NCBI GenBank assembly: GCA_002780715.1
Contig: PEUO01000209.1
Span: forward strand, 225-24,224
Length of the DNA: 24,000 bases
Direction: 5' to 3'
From: Deltaproteobacteria bacterium CG03_land_8_20_14_0_80_45_14
GTDB taxonomy: Bacteria > Desulfobacterota > BSN033 > UBA1163
Position numbers and translations under genes: made by a program. Below are positions 23,227 through 24,000 of this stretch, piece after piece. The notes below the pieces were generated by a model. It ran no database searches. It was given only the letters and a program-made list of their open reading frames with translations, and was not told the origin of the DNA. Each line of letters opens with the position of its first letter. The stretch's first letter is position 1.

Positions 23227-24000
23227 ATGAAGATTTTTAGTCGATCTTCTCTAAAATCAAAGAACAACCTTCCCTATTTCGAAATTCCTGAATTAACGAA
23301 ACTCGGATGGGTCCAGCATGCCTTTCTAACCCGCCAGGGTGAAGTGAGCCTTCCCCCTTACGATTTACTCAACCTGAGCGATAAAAACGGCGATCAGGAA
23401 GAATTCGTCTCTAAGAATAAAAATATAATTGCTAAAGCCTTTGGTTTTGATTCGAGTCGTTTGATCCTGCTCGATCAAATGCAACAAGACCAAATCCTTC
23501 TCCTGAAAGGACCTGCCATCACCCTTCCCTTCCCTTTAGAATATGATGCCCTGATCACGAATTCTCCGAATACATTTCTGGGTATCCTCACTGCGGATTG
23601 CCTTCCAATCTTTATTGTTGATCAAAAAAGAAAAGTGATTGCTGCAATCCATGCCGGGAGGCAAGGAACAGCTCTCTACATCACTGCAAAGGTTTTAAAA
23701 AAGATGGAGGAGGAGTTCGGTTGTTCATCAATAGACCTCCTTATCGCCATGGGCCCATCCATAGGCTCTTGCTGTTATGAAATCGACGAAAAAGTCTTTC
23801 ATTCAGAGTGGGAACACTTTTCGACCTCAAGAGGAGTGGGAAAATGGATGGTTGATCTTGCTCAGATCAATATCGCTCAGATGAAGAGCGAAGGGATTAA
23901 AGAAGACCAAATTTATTGGATTAACCTCTGCACCCATTGCCATAGCGATCTTTTCTTTTCCTACCGAAGAGAAGGTCGAACTGGAAGGCAACTCTCGTTT
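23227..24000 (+). CDS. pgeF: YfiH/PgeF-family protein (laccase-domain; peptidoglycan editing factor / purine nucleoside phosphorylase), 3' end beyond the window
   Basis: Absent from the ORF track because no stop falls in the window. It reads MKIFSRSS...GWVQHAFLTRQGEVSLPPYDLLNLS...GILTADCLPIFIVD...AAIHAGRQG...MGPSIGSCCYEID...LCTHCHSDLFFSYRREGRTGRQLSF. The rluD-yfiH adjacency is also found in E. coli. Confidence 0.88.
   Translation, partial: MKIFSRSSLKSKNNLPYFEIPELTKLGWVQHAFLTRQGEVSLPPYDLLNLSDKNGDQEEFVSKNKNIIAKAFGFDSSRLILLDQMQQDQILLLKGPAITLPFPLEYDALITNSPNTFLGILTADCLPIFIVDQKRKVIAAIHAGRQGTALYITAKVLKKMEEEFGCSSIDLLIAMGPSIGSCCYEIDEKVFHSEWEHFSTSRGVGKWMVDLAQINIAQMKSEGIKEDQIYWINLCTHCHSDLFFSYRREGRTGRQLSF

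Overview
This is a chromosomal window from an anaerobe-type bacterium; I cannot assign taxonomy from sequence alone. It holds about 21 protein genes, and I saw no rRNA, tRNA, CRISPR array, transposase or integrase. Left to right: iscU/nifU-like scaffold (partial), flavodiiron protein, lipoprotein and an orphan SagB/ThcOx dehydrogenase, all on the minus strand. An EmrA/EmrB-type efflux pair and a RodZ-like HTH/DUF2914-like membrane protein follow on the plus strand. Next is a minus-strand operon of an AbrB-type small protein, hgcA and hgcB (mercury methylation), with a divergent small ferredoxin. The plus strand then carries glk, pgi, a SpoIID/LytB-AmpG-nucleotidyltransferase cell-wall group, and a tightly coupled string: secreted degenerate metallophosphoesterase, B12-radical SAM, selA, rluD, pgeF (partial). 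There are three main observations. (1) Two genes show an in-frame TGA followed by a SECIS-like hairpin, in a window that also encodes SelA. One splits a single metallophosphoesterase domain at a C-P-T-U (CxxU) motif. The other joins a 21-codon ORF with a good ribosome-binding site, ending in ..SC, to the HgcA body, which would give a Cys-Sec pair on the mercury-methylating corrinoid protein. (2) The hgc operon is headed by an AbrB-type protein with two vicinal Cys pairs and is flanked by a strong promoter, a palindrome and 20-bp tandem repeats. (3) Several families of GC-rich nested palindromic elements fill the intergenic spaces. One forms the whole predicted 5' leader of the ferredoxin gene and one lies inside the rluD N-terminal coding region. 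All calls rest on reading the sequence and on recalled family signatures; no database search was run.
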